From contig NW_027191460.1 of the NCBI RefSeq assembly GCF_011745625.1, forward strand, positions 372,001 through 436,000: a stretch of DNA of 64,000 nt. Direction: 5' to 3'. The position numbers and the translations under genes were made by a program. The notes below the pieces were generated by a model. It searched no databases and was not told where the DNA came from. It saw nothing but the letters and a program-made list of their open reading frames with translations. The DNA is from Cladosporium halotolerans (Eukaryota). Below, one piece after another: positions 1 to 12,241 of this stretch (position 1 is its first letter; each line of letters opens with the position of its first letter).

Positions 1-2
1 TA

Positions 3-2106
3 GGGAGCTTGCCGGCAAGCTCGTTGTCACTACCTCGTAGCCCACCGCGACCACTTGCCGGACAAGACAGCCAGGAAACCCTCGCGTATGAGAGGCAAGA
101 ATACCCGGAGACATCATCGCCGAACTTCATCGCCTTCAACTCGTCGAGTTCGCGTTCCCCAGACAGCCCGCTTCACAACGCGTCATCATTCGATTCCATT
201 CAAGGCCGTCTGAACAACGCCCACGCATACCGTCTTGACGACCTCTCCCCGGGCAGCTCTCCGAGGTCACACTACCGATCATCCTCCGCAGACTCTCTCC
301 CACCACTGCATGTGCCCAGGAGGCGCGAGCAAGAACAGCCCGAGGAACGTCCGCAGTCAATGGCGGCACCGGACAACATGGACTATGAGGAGATTGATTT
401 GGAGCCCTGGCCCCGGCAGCCATTCACCAGCCACCTGAGTACAATCGCAAGTGAGAGTGATAGGGCAATGTCACCGGCGCAGTTCAGTCATTTTTCAATG
501 GGTAGTGGTGTACTTACCATCGACGACGCGTGTAGCATTCCCATGTCAGCAGCGATGTCAAGGCATTCGGGCCACATGTCTCAGTTCTCGCAGTCGGGCC
601 ACCTTTCGCAGTTTTCCCTTGCCCGCCGAGCGAGCGAGCCAATGCAATCGCCGTCGCCGAAGTCATCGCCTCAGGTTACTCAGAGCAGTGGGGAGGATGC
701 CGGCGACATGACTTTGGGCATCTACCGTGCCGAAAGCGCAAAGCCTGAGCCGCTCTTCCGCGGTCGGAACGTGACGCCCGGCGGAGATGTTCGATACAAT
801 GGCCCGCTGCCGCCTTTACCGCCCATGCCTCATTCGAGAGAGGGAGACGAGAACGGGGACAGCCTCTCAGCGCTCTCAGCCCCATCGCTCAAGAAGAAAA
901 GATCTGGATATTCTATACGGGGACGGAGCAACAGTACGCCTTCTGGGAGCATTTCTCGGCACAACAGCGTCGTCAGCTATGTTGACAGCGAGCGGTGGAG
1001 CAGGAATAGCAGTGTATTCCCAGCATGGGCCAAGAACTTCTACGGCGGATACGCAGCTCTCTTGAGCGCCAGCAAAATCTCGCTATCAAACCCGCCCACT
1101 CCCCGGCCACGCGATGCGCAGGGCCACGTCCGGAGCCAAAGCCAATGGACCGAGCGCAGCATCACTTCCCGCCTTGGGACAGGATACAGCGAGATTGAGA
1201 ACGGCAGCCCGACAAGCAGCCACTTCCTCCCCTCCATCTTCCGCCCCCGGACACGCACTCTCGGCACGATGGACAGCGAAGCGCGCTCCTTCAAATTCGG
1301 CAGCAAGACCCCGAAGCGCAAACCCTCCAAATCCTCCGGTAGCATCAGCCGTACCGACTCCATGGCCATCACCGCCGACCCCTACCCCCCAGCCGACAAC
1401 GCCGGCGACCCCAGCGCCGAAACCCTCCCCTCTGGCCACCCCAAATACGGCAAGCTCAAAGACAACTCCTCCCCGCAGCCGCCCATGCCTCCCCTGCCAC
1501 GCAAATACTCCAAGCAGAAACTCTGGGACGAAATGTCCTTCCCGCGCCCCATGACCAAAGACCGCCTGTCGGACTTCAAGCTCAACCACAGCGACACCGA
1601 CCGCGCGGACGCAGAGAGCACCGGCCCCCACCTGCGCCCCAACGCCCACCGCGCCCCGCACGCGTACACCTGGCGCTCGCCCTCTTTCGTCGAGTCCCTC
1701 GACACCCTCTTCTCCTCCCGCGGCAACCGCCAGATCCTGCTCTTCGCCACGGGCTTTCTGTGCCCGCTGCTCTGGCTGCTCGGCGCGCTGCTGCCGCTGC
1801 CGCCGAGGCACGCGCGGGACGCGGAGGAGGCGGAGAAGGCGCTGCCGGGCGCGGCGGAGAGCGAGGACGATTTGAAGGCTGCGCTGGGCAGGCATCAGGT
1901 GGGGGACGCGAGGGCGAGGTGGGACGAGGAGAGAGCGTGGTTGAAGGCGAGGTGGTGGCGGACGCTGAACAGGGTGATGTGTTTTGTGGGCGTGGGGGTT
2001 GTTGCTGCTGTGGTGAGTTTGATGTGTTTGCTCTTCTTTGAGAGATGGATATGTGTGCTGACTCTGGCTTTAGATCGCTCTGGCTGTCATCGCTACGAGA
2101 CGATGA
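3..2106 (+). CDS. Ser/Pro-rich fungal protein with C-terminal transmembrane segments (5' end lies outside the window)
   Basis: Frame is open from the window edge. Long S/P-rich region, then hydrophobic segments (ILLFATGFLCPLLWLLGALLPL; VMCFVGVGVVAAV). Intron 2013-2073 (GTGAGT..GCTGAC..TAG) gives last exon IALAVIATRR* with TGA at 2104-2106. Confidence 0.75.
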
Positions 2107-2449
2107 TCGTTTGCCCTTACCGCTTGGTCCTCGACCCGCATCCCACGACCGTTCGTTCCGCCAGGCAGACCTTCTTCCGAAACACTCTCCCACCGCCAAC
2201 ACTGGGGCTGAACACGAAATCACCCCGCAAACCACAGAATCGCACCCAGCCTTTTCTCCCTCCTATCAACCGGCTCCGCCTCGCAAAGACGACGCACAGA
2301 CCGGACTCTCCATCGCTTCTCTTGGACTTCTTTCCCCCTCTTTACCCATCAATCTCTTTCTCTATTCTGCCAAAGTTCTCTTCGCCTTCTGGACGACGAG
2401 CGCTTTTCTTTTCTCATCTGCTTTTACATAATGATGATACCCACGGCTG

Positions 2450-2660
2450 CCTTTTCTTTTTCTCTTCTTTTCTTTCCCTTCATCTGTAATGTCTGCCCTT
2501 TTTTTTTCTTTTTTTCTTTCTTCTTTCTTCTTTTTCTACTTTTTCTTTGAGACGAACGCGGGAAAAAGAGCGACGTTGGATTTGGGGCTTGGGCGTTCGC
2601 GATCTTACGCTGTCTATTCCCTGAAGAATCTCTCTCTCTCTCTCTTTTTTTCTCTTAGTG
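2450..2660. repeat. Pyrimidine-rich low-complexity tract (poly-T runs and (CT)n microsatellite), probable 3' UTR
   Basis: Multiple T runs and tctctctctctctctct near 2629-2645. Confidence 0.7.
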
Positions 2661-3784
2661 TTTGCTGTTCAAAAGACCTACTCACTATTTTGTTTTTGTC
2701 TGCTTTTGCGTCGACTGGTCAAGTCTAGCCTAGCCTTTGCAGAGCTGAGAGGAGGAGGAATTTTCTCCCCTCAGTGAGCGAAGGAGGCAGGCTTGAGGAC
2801 TAGAAGGCGAGGGGAGGAGAGGTTCTTGGAGACGATACAGGAAGAGAAAAGAGTAGGGAGCGGATGTGGATGGATATAGTGAACAGATAAAGTCGATATG
2901 TGAGCGGAAGAGAAGACTCCGATCGTTCTGTCTACGCTCCAACCACGTTCTCTGCGTGCTTCTATCGTTTTGCGAGCGTCAGGTAGGTGAATGCAACTAA
3001 CGTCATTCACTCCCCCCGCGCCTCGGGCGCGCTCGATATTGATCAACAAAAATCTTTGAAAAATGGCCAAACTCGAGTCACAGAGTCGGCAATCTACTAG
3101 CGCCGGCTGGACCGTGGCCAATCAGCTGCTTCCCTGGGGCCGTTTCAGCTACGGAAAAGTTGTAAGTGAATGGATTATTTGTGACTCGGGTTTGATCGAT
3201 ATCGGATGGCCTGGCTGCGGGTGTGGCTTTGGGCGTGGGGGTTCGGCGCTGGCGCGCGAGCGGCGCGCGAAACGCGACTTCCTTCCTACCATGAATTGGA
3301 TGCCTATTGAATAGACAAAAGTTACCTACTCACATTCCCCGTATTTTCGCTCCCAAATCGCCCAAAACCCCTCGTGTTCTTAGTCCGGCATTGGCTCCAA
3401 TGGATCCGGCCCCTTATAGAGTTGAAGCCCCGTTCTCCTCCTTGGCAGCACACTATGTAACCCACGAACCCAACCTCGGACTCAACCACAGTCACATGCA
3501 GACCAGGAGATGCACAGCAGTAATCGTTAGATCATTAGGGTAGTAGGGACGTGCCATCTCATAGCATACTGTGGTCCGCGTAGGGCATCGACTCGAAGAC
3601 AGCTTACTACGCGCTCAAATCTCCCAAGATGACCTCTCGGGCAAGCAGACGCGACCTCTCTCGTACGATCGCCGCTCCGCCAAGCACGACAGCCTGGCGA
3701 CAAGGCATCCATGGCGCGCCTTTGCTTTCCTGGGCAAATTTCCGGGCTTGGGCTGCTGTCGCCCGACCTCGGCCAGCCGGGGGG

Positions 3785-3791
3785 TATAAAA
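3785..3791 (+). promoter_or_regulatory. Putative TATA box of the AMID-like gene
   Basis: TATAAAA about 90 nt upstream of ATG 3879. Confidence 0.5.
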
Positions 3792-3878
3792 CGGCGGGGA
3801 GATCTCATTTTCTTATCTGATCTTCCGCTTGATCTGATAATTTCCCATCGATAAAATACATTAAATCATCAACACAAC

Positions 3879-5328
3879 ATGGGATCGGTCGGAGTCGCGA
3901 CGCAGCCTTTCCGCGTGCTTATTGCGGGAGGCGCATACGGTGGTGTTTCTGCTGCGATCAATCTTTTGGATCTGTCGTTGGGCAGACCTGCGCGCCTCGA
4001 GCCGGACAAGGCGCCTGCCGAGGAGGCTCGTGGGGGCGTTCCGGTTAGGATTCATATCGTTGATGAACGGGATGGGTATTGTAAGATTGAAAGACCGAGT
4101 TGATAGAGTATGAACACTGATGTGACCAGATCACACAATCGGTTCGCCAATGGCTCTGTCATCACCAGAATACGCAAAGAAAGCCTGGAGGAAATACAAC
4201 GACATCGCCGCACTGCAACATCCAAACGTCCGCATCACACAAGGCAGTCTCACCAAAATCGACCCCGATCGCAAACTAGCCAGCATCAAACTCAGCACCG
4301 CCGACAGCGAGCCCCTCGAAGAGCCCTACGACTTCTTCATCGCCGCCACAGGCCTCCGCCGCGTCTGGCCCGTCGTGCCCCAATCCCTCACGAAAGAATC
4401 CTACCTCACCGAAACAGCCGGCCACATAGCCAACATCTCCGCCGCATCTCACGGCACCGTCATCATCGGCGGCGGCGCCGTCGGCATCGAAATGGCCGCC
4501 GAAACCAAACTCTACCACCCCTCCACAAAAGTCACCCTCGTGCACTCCCGCGCCAGCCTCCTCTCCTCCGAGCCCCTCCCCGACGAAACCAAAGACGCCG
4601 CCCTCACCGCCCTCCGCGACGCAGGCGTCGACGTCCTGCTCAGCCAGCGCGTAACCAGCACAGAGCCTAGTATCGGCCCGGACGGCCGCGCGCTGCAGAC
4701 TCTCACTCTGCAGGACGGCTCGCAGCTCGTAGCCAGCAACGTCATCAGCGCCATCTCCCGCAGCGTGCCCGCGACAGCCTACCTGCCCAAAGCAGCGCTC
4801 GACGCCGACGGGCTGGTCAAGATCGATCCTTTGTAAGTGCTCTCTCCCCCCTCTGCCCAGCCCAAACCAAACCCCGAACCAACCTAACAACACCAGTTTC
4901 AACTTCCTCCCCCTCCACCCGCACAACACCTCCCACCTCGCGATCGGCGACCTCGCCTCCTGGCCCGGCATCAAGCGCTGCGGCGCGGCGATCGCGATGG
5001 GCACGCGGGCCGCCGAGAACGTGTTCGCCCACGTGCTCTCTCAATGCCACGGGAAGCCGGTGGAGCTGCGAGAGTGGCCCGAGTATCCGGCTATGATTGG
5101 GCTGGCGGTGGGGAGGAAAGCGGTGGTTTATGATCCGCAGGGGGGCACGAAGTGCTCGGAGGAGATGATGAGGGTGTATTTTGGGGAGGATTTGGGGTTT
5201 CAGCGTGAGTGGTTATTTTCCCTTGGTTTTTTTTTCCCTCCTTGGTGGGGGGAGGGTGTGTGGATGTGTTGTGCTGACTTTTATTGGCAGAGTGTTGGGA
5301 TTATCAGAAGCTTGATGAGGGGTGGTGA
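3879..5328 (+). CDS. FAD/NAD(P)-dependent oxidoreductase, AIF/AMID (FSP1)-like
   Basis: Two Rossmann motifs (VLIAGGAYGG; VIIGGGAVGIE), IAATG and LAIGDL motifs. Introns 4081-4129, 4833-4896 and 5205-5290 splice in frame; stop TGA 5326-5328. Confidence 0.85.
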
Positions 5329-5499
5329 GGTTGGTTTGATGTTGACGACCGGAGATTGGGAAAGGTCAGGTCGGGAATGGGGACTTAGAGACGGGTTGAC
5401 GGGGCGATTGAAGGGCACCCCAAGGTATGAAAGCGAAGCGGCTGTGCTTGTGATAGAGAAACGAAAAATCCAATCTGTACACCCACGCGATATCTACAT

Positions 5500-7617
5500 C
5501 TACGGAAGCCTCACAGCCGAGCCCAGATTGAACTTCACCGGCTGGCCCGACATAGTCGCCCACATGATAAGAGGGTCGCTGCCGAGCTTGTCGCTGCTCG
5601 CGCTGCCACCGCTGCTCACACTGGCAGTACCCGGGAAGGTAACCGGGATAGGAACGCTGCAGGTGTTTCCATTAGTGGACACCGTGACGCCAGTGATGCT
5701 CTTGCCATCAGCCGAGTACGAATAGGTCAGCGCCGGCTTGCAGGCGTCGCGGGCCTCGCGGTCGAGGAAGACCTTGGCGATGTCGTCGTGCTTGAGCGTG
5801 ACAAGCGGCCAGTTGGTCAGGCGCACGAACTCCTGCACGACGGTCTCGACCCAGATCTGCAGCAGGGAGTTGACGGTCTGCGAGCCGACCTTGTAGGAGC
5901 CGACGCCAGTCGCGCGCATGTTGGCCTGGTGGAACATGTAGGGGTCCTTGCGCAGGCCGAGCAGGTAGCGGATCGTTGTGTCTTTCTCGAAGGTGAGCAG
6001 GTCGGCGAACTTGCCCGTGCCGCGGGAGTAGTCGGTCCACTCTTGGGTGGTGCAGGCCTGCGTGTCGCAGTCGTAGTAGATGGCGGTGGGCCAGCGTGGG
6101 ATGATGTTGAGGCCGGTCTGGCCGTTGGAAGCGACGGTGGAGTGGAGGAGGTAGTGGACGTTGGTGGGGTTCATGAGGACCGGGCGGCTGTTGTCGCCGA
6201 CGACGTTGGTGATGCCGTTGTCGAGCCAGGCCTTGATCACGTCGCCGTTGTGCATGCCGGTGATGGCAGGAGGGATGAGACCGGATGCAGAGAACTTGCC
6301 GGCGGAGATGCCGACTTGCTTCATCCAGGCTTGGTTGAAGAAGATCTCCCTACTAGCGTCGTGGTAGGTGGCGTTGTTGAGGTTCAAGTGAGTGAACGTG
6401 TGGGACAGATGTGCGAAGGCGTCACGGTTGGCCGCGGTCATGAACCACGTGGCCAGCTTGTCGAGCTTGCAGCAAGCGAGGGACCAGCTGTAGTTGACGA
6501 ACTCCGAGGGCCACATGTCGATGCCGGCTCCAGAGGGTTTCATGTACTCGAGATCGGGACTCACGATGGGAGAGTCGTAATAGACCGCATCGACGGGGAC
6601 GCAGGGATCGTTGTCAAGGAAATAGCCAGTGTTTGTTGAGTTGATAATGTCACCATTACCGTTGTGGCCAATCTCGACGAAGTAGTTCGATCCCGCGTTC
6701 AGACGGCTGTTGACGCTCTTCATCCAGCTGATGTGCGGCGAGAGATCGTTTGGCACAACTCTGTACGTCTTGCCGGCCGGGTAGTAGATGTCAGTGACGA
6801 GGTGCATGTCGTCGATCTGCGTGCCCAGGTAGACCTTCCTTGAGCCAGTGAACAGTCCTCGGGTGATCCAGTGGATATAAGCATGCTGAATAAAGTTGGA
6901 GGTAGCCGACCACTGGGTCGCAAAGCCGATGAAGAAGGCCATTTGCTCTCTACCGCTGAAGTTGTTGACAACACCAGCGACGCTGGACGATGCGAAGTTG
7001 CCACTCTTAGCAAACTGGGCAATCGCCCATGTCGTCTTGGTGTCGGCGACCTTCGCAGGGTAGTGATAGAGGTTCTTGGTGCTGACGGTTGCACCTGACT
7101 TCAGGTTTGCAGTGGCGAAGCTGGTGGTGTTGGTAAAGCTGAGCAACTGCTCAACGTTGTCACCGCAGCAGCCAACTGAGCCATCCGAAGCCGTCACAGC
7201 AGTCGTGCCAGTGGGAACATCAGGATATGTGTCCAGAAGAACCATGCGCACGCCAAACGCGAGCTGGTAGGCGTAGAGCGCGTTGTAATTATCTTGAGTA
7301 AGCGCACTGCGGTAACTGCCACCGTAGTTGTATGAAACATCAGCCAGGATGACAATGCCGCCGTAGTTGCCAGAGGTAGCCGTGGAATTGAGAGTCGGCA
7401 AAGTCACACCGGCTTGAGGAACGGAGACGAGCTGATAGGGGATACCGTAAGCATCGAAACCCGAGGTCGCCGAGTACGATGCATCTCCTTCAGCGGCGAG
7501 GATGAGGATGGTGCTGCTAACACTGCCGCCGGCAACAGCGGCGTTCGCCGTGCCAGCAACAGACGCCAAAGCTACAAAAGTAGCGGCGAGTTTGCGAAGC
7601 GTAGACATGGCAGGCAT
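5500..7617 (-). CDS. Secreted Agd3-like (CE18) polysaccharide deacetylase
   Basis: Intronless ORF with signal peptide (MPAMSTLRKLAATFVALASVAGTANA). Deacetylase metal motifs TQIDD and SHTFTH, plus PPAITG, VGDNSRP and YMFHQAN, as in galactosaminogalactan deacetylase Agd3. Confidence 0.8.
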   Translation of the reverse strand: MPAMSTLRKLAATFVALASVAGTANAAVAGGSVSSTILILAAEGDASYSATSGFDAYGIPYQLVSVPQAGVTLPTLNSTATSGNYGGIVILADVSYNYGGSYRSALTQDNYNALYAYQLAFGVRMVLLDTYPDVPTGTTAVTASDGSVGCCGDNVEQLLSFTNTTSFATANLKSGATVSTKNLYHYPAKVADTKTTWAIAQFAKSGNFASSSVAGVVNNFSGREQMAFFIGFATQWSATSNFIQHAYIHWITRGLFTGSRKVYLGTQIDDMHLVTDIYYPAGKTYRVVPNDLSPHISWMKSVNSRLNAGSNYFVEIGHNGNGDIINSTNTGYFLDNDPCVPVDAVYYDSPIVSPDLEYMKPSGAGIDMWPSEFVNYSWSLACCKLDKLATWFMTAANRDAFAHLSHTFTHLNLNNATYHDASREIFFNQAWMKQVGISAGKFSASGLIPPAITGMHNGDVIKAWLDNGITNVVGDNSRPVLMNPTNVHYLLHSTVASNGQTGLNIIPRWPTAIYYDCDTQACTTQEWTDYSRGTGKFADLLTFEKDTTIRYLLGLRKDPYMFHQANMRATGVGSYKVGSQTVNSLLQIWVETVVQEFVRLTNWPLVTLKHDDIAKVFLDREARDACKPALTYSYSADGKSITGVTVSTNGNTCSVPIPVTFPGTASVSSGGSASSDKLGSDPLIMWATMSGQPVKFNLGSAVRLP

Positions 7618-9710
7618 TGTACCCACTGAGAAGGGGGATTCGAGAAATAATGAACGAGATGGCAAAAGCCACGATCGAGCGGCCGTTGCGGGATCATATA
7701 TGGATAGTCTTCATGGCAGCCAGCCACGTTTTGCCGCGGCGGGACCTGCCCAATGTTGCATTGGGATGGTCTATTGGAAAGTCGACGCCCTTTACGGGCC
7801 AATTGGGTCAGGTCATGTCAAGAAAGGCTTGGTACTCACAAGCTCACACGGCTATATCGGCGACCAAAAGCGCCACAAAGCCTCAATGGAGTGGTGAATT
7901 CAGGGTCTCAGGGGCCGGGGCCTTCGTGAGTCGTCAGAAGACGGCCCATCTGCACACGGCTCGACCTCGAAGCGTATTTTCCATGTCTGTTCGGGAAGCT
8001 GAATTGCTTTTCCTGCTCAAAATCGGCGCTGTTGTGGTAGTTTGCAGCGGCACGGGACCTAGAATCGCCGGGAACCCTAAGGATAGTCACGAGAGACCCG
8101 CAAGTGCGCAAGCGGATGTTTCCATCGTGTCGCATTTTCCAAATGGGCTGGCGCTATAGGGAAGAGGCGGGGTGGGTCGCCACGAGATTGGCCGGCGAGG
8201 AAGCCTCGTCGAGTCTATACGAGGCGGAGGAATCGTAAAACTATGCTCCCTTGCATTATCAGAGGGGGACTTGCCTTTTCATCATTTCGCTAATGGCCGC
8301 GTTCATGCGATATTTCCACAGAGGATGTCACCTTTCCAAAGGGGTTCGGAGGAAGGCTGCAAATGGACGAGCAAGACGGACGGTTTGACGTGTGTCCTGT
8401 CCTGTTCAGCACCACGTGCAAAGACGGCGACCGCCCTGCCAAGAGCATGCCCCTACGGCGCATCAGCACACCAGCGCATCAGGCGACGCTGCCGTGGCTG
8501 CAAATTTGCTTCAAGCCTCGCAAGCCTCTCTGGAGAGGAGCTTTTCTCGACTGTGGGGGGTAAAACTCTCCGACCGGACGAGACTTTCGGCATTCGATTC
8601 TGCCACGACGGCTCGAGGGCGGAACGGGAGAGTGTACCTGCATCTCAGAGCCGTGCTGATGCTCCTCCGCACTTCTCCAGGCTTCCCGCGCAGGAGATCT
8701 TCATCTGCGGTCTGGATGCCTGATCACTAGTCATGTCCAAGATCAGTCTTTCGCGTGGCGATCTCGTTGGAGTAAACGCATCCGGGCGTGCGGCTGAAGG
8801 TCGTGCGTGATGGAATACTGTAATCAGGCGGGTGGTATTTTTAGGCATACTTTTAGGCGCTCGCTTACAAAGGGCTAGACGCGAAGCCGGGGCGACAAGC
8901 AGCAACGTGCTCCCCTGCGGTTGAGCGAGACGTTTGCGGAGTGATGAGTTCAGCGCCACTTCGCCATTTTCGTGCAGGCAAAGGGCCACGCGACATGAGA
9001 GAAAAATCAGGTAAGCTAGCCATGAGGGCTGGCCGGGTCTTGAATGCCAGCGGGAGGCTGCAGTCGACAGCTGCCAAACGCGTGTCAAATAGCACTTACC
9101 CCCATGCTCAGCAGGTACAGTAGCACGCCAAGATCATGTTATCATGCACGTCTCCGCAAGAAGCTGTCTGATGATCCTGATTCTTCATCAATTCTTGGCG
9201 GAAGGGTCCGAAGGCGAAGTTCTCAATTGCGTATTCGCATTGTCGTTGTTCTATCCGGCTGATGAGTAATCGCACGCATTCCAATCTTCCAGTTATTAGA
9301 AATCGGCGTCGGAACAATGGTTGCTCCGCAACACATGAGAGGCGAGATAGGCATCGTCCTCGGAATGGATTCCGTGAGATCATGCAGAAACGCGGTGGCA
9401 CCTTGTCAGCAGGCAAGGAGACGTGCATAAGCTTGCACAACTGTAAGATGTGCGTGACCTGCATTTTGGCATCCAGGCAGTGATTATCAAGCAACCTGGA
9501 ATCAATCAAACCACGAGAGATAGGTACGATAATCCTATCGCTTTCACCAGCGACTGCAGGCAGAGAGCAAGAATCGTATATTCCACGAATGAACCTCCTA
9601 AGAGATAATAGAAATACTCTGAACGTATTCAAAAACCCATCATCATTGTTTCCGGCCTTCCCCAATACTCGACTGATTACCTTGACATTGTATCAACCAC
9701 CCCAACCAAC

Positions 9711-10704
9711 ATGCCTGCGAAATTCGACCCAGATCGCGACATCCCTGACCTAAGCGGTAAAGTAATCGTTGTCACTGGCGGTATGAACCACCTCGAACTC
9801 ACGGCAAAGTGCAAGCCTAACAACATCTACAGGCAATGCCGGCCTCGGTGCAGAGACAGTCCGCAAACTCGCCGCCCACAACCCAGCCAGCATCTACCTC
9901 TGCGCCCGCAACCCATCCAGCGCCGAGTCCCTGATCACCGACATCAAATCCCACCACCCCACCGCCAACATCACCCCCATCAAACTCGACCTTTCCTCCC
10001 TCGAGAGCACCAAAGCCGCCGCCGCCTCCATCCTCGCCCAAACCCCCCGCCTCGACATCCTCTACAACAACGCCGGCATCGCCCTCACGCCCCCCGCCCT
10101 CACATCCGAAGGCTACGAAACCCAATTCGGCATCAACCACCTCGGCCACGCCCTCTTCACGCAACTCCTGCTCCCCACCCTCCTCAAAACCGCCTCCTCG
10201 TCCCCCAAGAACTCCGTCCGCATCATCTCCGTCTCCTCCACCCTGCACGCCCGCGCCTTCCCGCACGGCCTCCTCCTCGCCGAGGCCAAAACAGACATGG
10301 CCCCCCACCCCGCCGCTACCCGCTACGGGCACTCCAAGCTCGCCAACGTCCTGTTCGCGAAAGCGCTCGCCCGCCGCTACCCCGAGATCACCAGCGTCGC
10401 GCTGCACCCGGGCTTCGTCGACACGGAGATGAACCGCGGCAAGGCCGGCGGCGCGAAGTGGTTCAGCTTGCTGATAAGGAATATTGTCGGCTGGGTCGGG
10501 GTGTCGGTCGAGGAGGGCGCGAAGACGCAGCTTTGGTGTGCGGCTGCGGAGGGGGTGAGGAGTGGGGAGTATTATGAGCCTATCGGGGTTGTGAAGGCGG
10601 GGTCGAAGTGGGCGAGGGATGAGGGGTTGAGGGATGAGCTTTGGGAGTGGACGGGGAAGGAGTTGAGGGCTAATGGGGGGCCCGGGTGGCCGAAGGGTGA
10701 GTGA
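9711..10704 (+). CDS. Short-chain dehydrogenase/reductase (retinol dehydrogenase-like)
   Basis: IPDLSGKVIVVTG, intron 9781-9832, then GNAGLG; LDILYNNAGI, QFGINHLGH, YGHSK (YxxxK), LHPGFVDT. Confidence 0.9.
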
Positions 10705-10873
10705 GGTGGGATGGAGATGGGAGGGTGCGGAGTGTGATTGATTCGTTTTCTCTTTTTGTTGCGGATTTTACATACTCAGGTAACAGGGCGCGTTGGTGCT
10801 CTCTGCCGTTTTGCGCGCCCCAGTAGTCATAGCGTCTCGTGGTCTCGTACAGTCGTTACTCGTAATGAATCCA

Positions 10874-12241
10874 TCATCTCCCGGATGGCTCTACGCTGGA
10901 AATCTCCAATGCCATGCCGATTTTGCCCCTCTTTGCGAACACCGTCCGCGCCACGACCGCCACAGGTCCGTGCTCGTCTGCGGGAACGTCGGTCAGACGC
11001 ATCACTCGGCCTCTGAAGTCGATGGGCGAGAAGCCGCGGAACTCCTCATCTGGCTGGACGGGCTGCGGCGTGGGGGCTTGGCCAGTCCCGAATATTCCCT
11101 GCAATGCGGCCATCCCAGGTATCATGCCTACAGCGGCCGCGGCTGGTCCGACGACACCGCCTTGTGCGCCTTGCGGTGGTTGCGCTGCTGCAATCGGTGG
11201 CACTTCGGGGATGTTTCCTGTGAGGGCGGCGAAGTGTGTGTGGTGAACGCGACAAGAACAGATGATCTTCACAGAAGGTGGTGGGGGTGGGTGGCGCTTA
11301 GCGGCGAAGGTTTGATGCGCTTTGTGCAGGTGCAGCAGCCGTTCCTTGAAACTCCCCTCTTCTCTGGGGAAAGCGTCAGGGTTGGCTTCGAGGTATCGTT
11401 GGAAGTCCTCTTGGGTCGGAGGGGTGGAAGCTGGAAGCTCGGCAGCCTCGGCTGGGAAGAACACATGGCCGAGGCCTTTGAACAATTCATCCAGGCGCTG
11501 GTCTTCAGCCCAGTGACGGAGATTGGCTTCCACGGGCAGTCCGTGCTGCCATTTGTTGGTCTTGAAACGGATTACCAGATCCTTAAGGTTGGGAAAATCG
11601 GCTTTCAGACTGCGTTTAGGATCGGTGGAGGTGAAGTATGGCATCCAGAGCCGGATGTCCTGGGCTTTCACGTCCAGAGTCAAGTGGGTGGTCGTTCCGA
11701 TGGGCGAAGATATCGCGCGCACGAACATGTTTGCGTCGCTCGGATGTGAGAACGACATCCGGTTGGACATGTACAGCAAGTTCGTGGCCTCGGCGTAGAC
11801 CAGCTTGCAAGTGCGAAGGAGCTGAGGCGCCATATCCAAGGACCTCGATTCAGGCCGGTTCGGCCACTCGACGCACTCGCCGCCTCGAGCGGTCAAGCTG
11901 AAAAGGTAGATCCGATCCCTAATCTCTCGCGGCAGAGAGAAGAGCCTGCTCCTTGCGACGCTGTCCGGTAGCTCGCTGATATCCTCCAGTCGCCTTGTCC
12001 TTGCCATTTCCAAACCGGCTTCCGATTCCTCGTCCATAGTGCCTTGTCTTGTGGGCGCGCGGAACATGTGTGCGCCGCTGGTATTGCGCGAGTGTGAGTA
12101 GAACGGCGATGTGGGTGGATGTCCGGGTGAACCAAGTGCATCGGCCTGACTAATGTACGAAAGCGTGCGCGTGGAGAGGACCGACTCGCGCCAGGTGTAT
12201 GGGTCTGCAGGCGTGATCGGGGGTGGACGGTGGCCCGCCAT
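10874..12241 (-). CDS. Fungal protein with F-box-like motif
   Basis: Intronless ORF. SRLFSLPREIRDRIYLFSL (F-box-like) followed by PQLLRTCKLVYAEATNLLY, a common ascomycete arrangement. First ATG at 12241 (the ORF track start is GTG). Confidence 0.7.
   Translation of the reverse strand: MAGHRPPPITPADPYTWRESVLSTRTLSYISQADALGSPGHPPTSPFYSHSRNTSGAHMFRAPTRQGTMDEESEAGLEMARTRRLEDISELPDSVARSRLFSLPREIRDRIYLFSLTARGGECVEWPNRPESRSLDMAPQLLRTCKLVYAEATNLLYMSNRMSFSHPSDANMFVRAISSPIGTTTHLTLDVKAQDIRLWMPYFTSTDPKRSLKADFPNLKDLVIRFKTNKWQHGLPVEANLRHWAEDQRLDELFKGLGHVFFPAEAAELPASTPPTQEDFQRYLEANPDAFPREEGSFKERLLHLHKAHQTFAAKRHPPPPPSVKIICSCRVHHTHFAALTGNIPEVPPIAAAQPPQGAQGGVVGPAAAAVGMIPGMAALQGIFGTGQAPTPQPVQPDEEFRGFSPIDFRGRVMRLTDVPADEHGPVAVVARTVFAKRGKIGMALEISSVEPSGR

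Noticed and set aside
2107..2489. C-terminal extension of the 826-aa ORF
   Set aside because: It results from read-through of intron 2013-2073 into the 3' UTR; the spliced gene stops at 2106.
5329..5725. Apparent overlap of ORF 4997-5725 with the Agd3-like gene
   Set aside because: Artifact of unspliced intron 5205-5290; the real stop is at 5328.
8073..8080. AACCCTAA telomerase-template-like octamer (similar at about 12756 and 29016)
   Set aside because: Short matches are expected by chance, and I could not verify a pseudoknot or other support.
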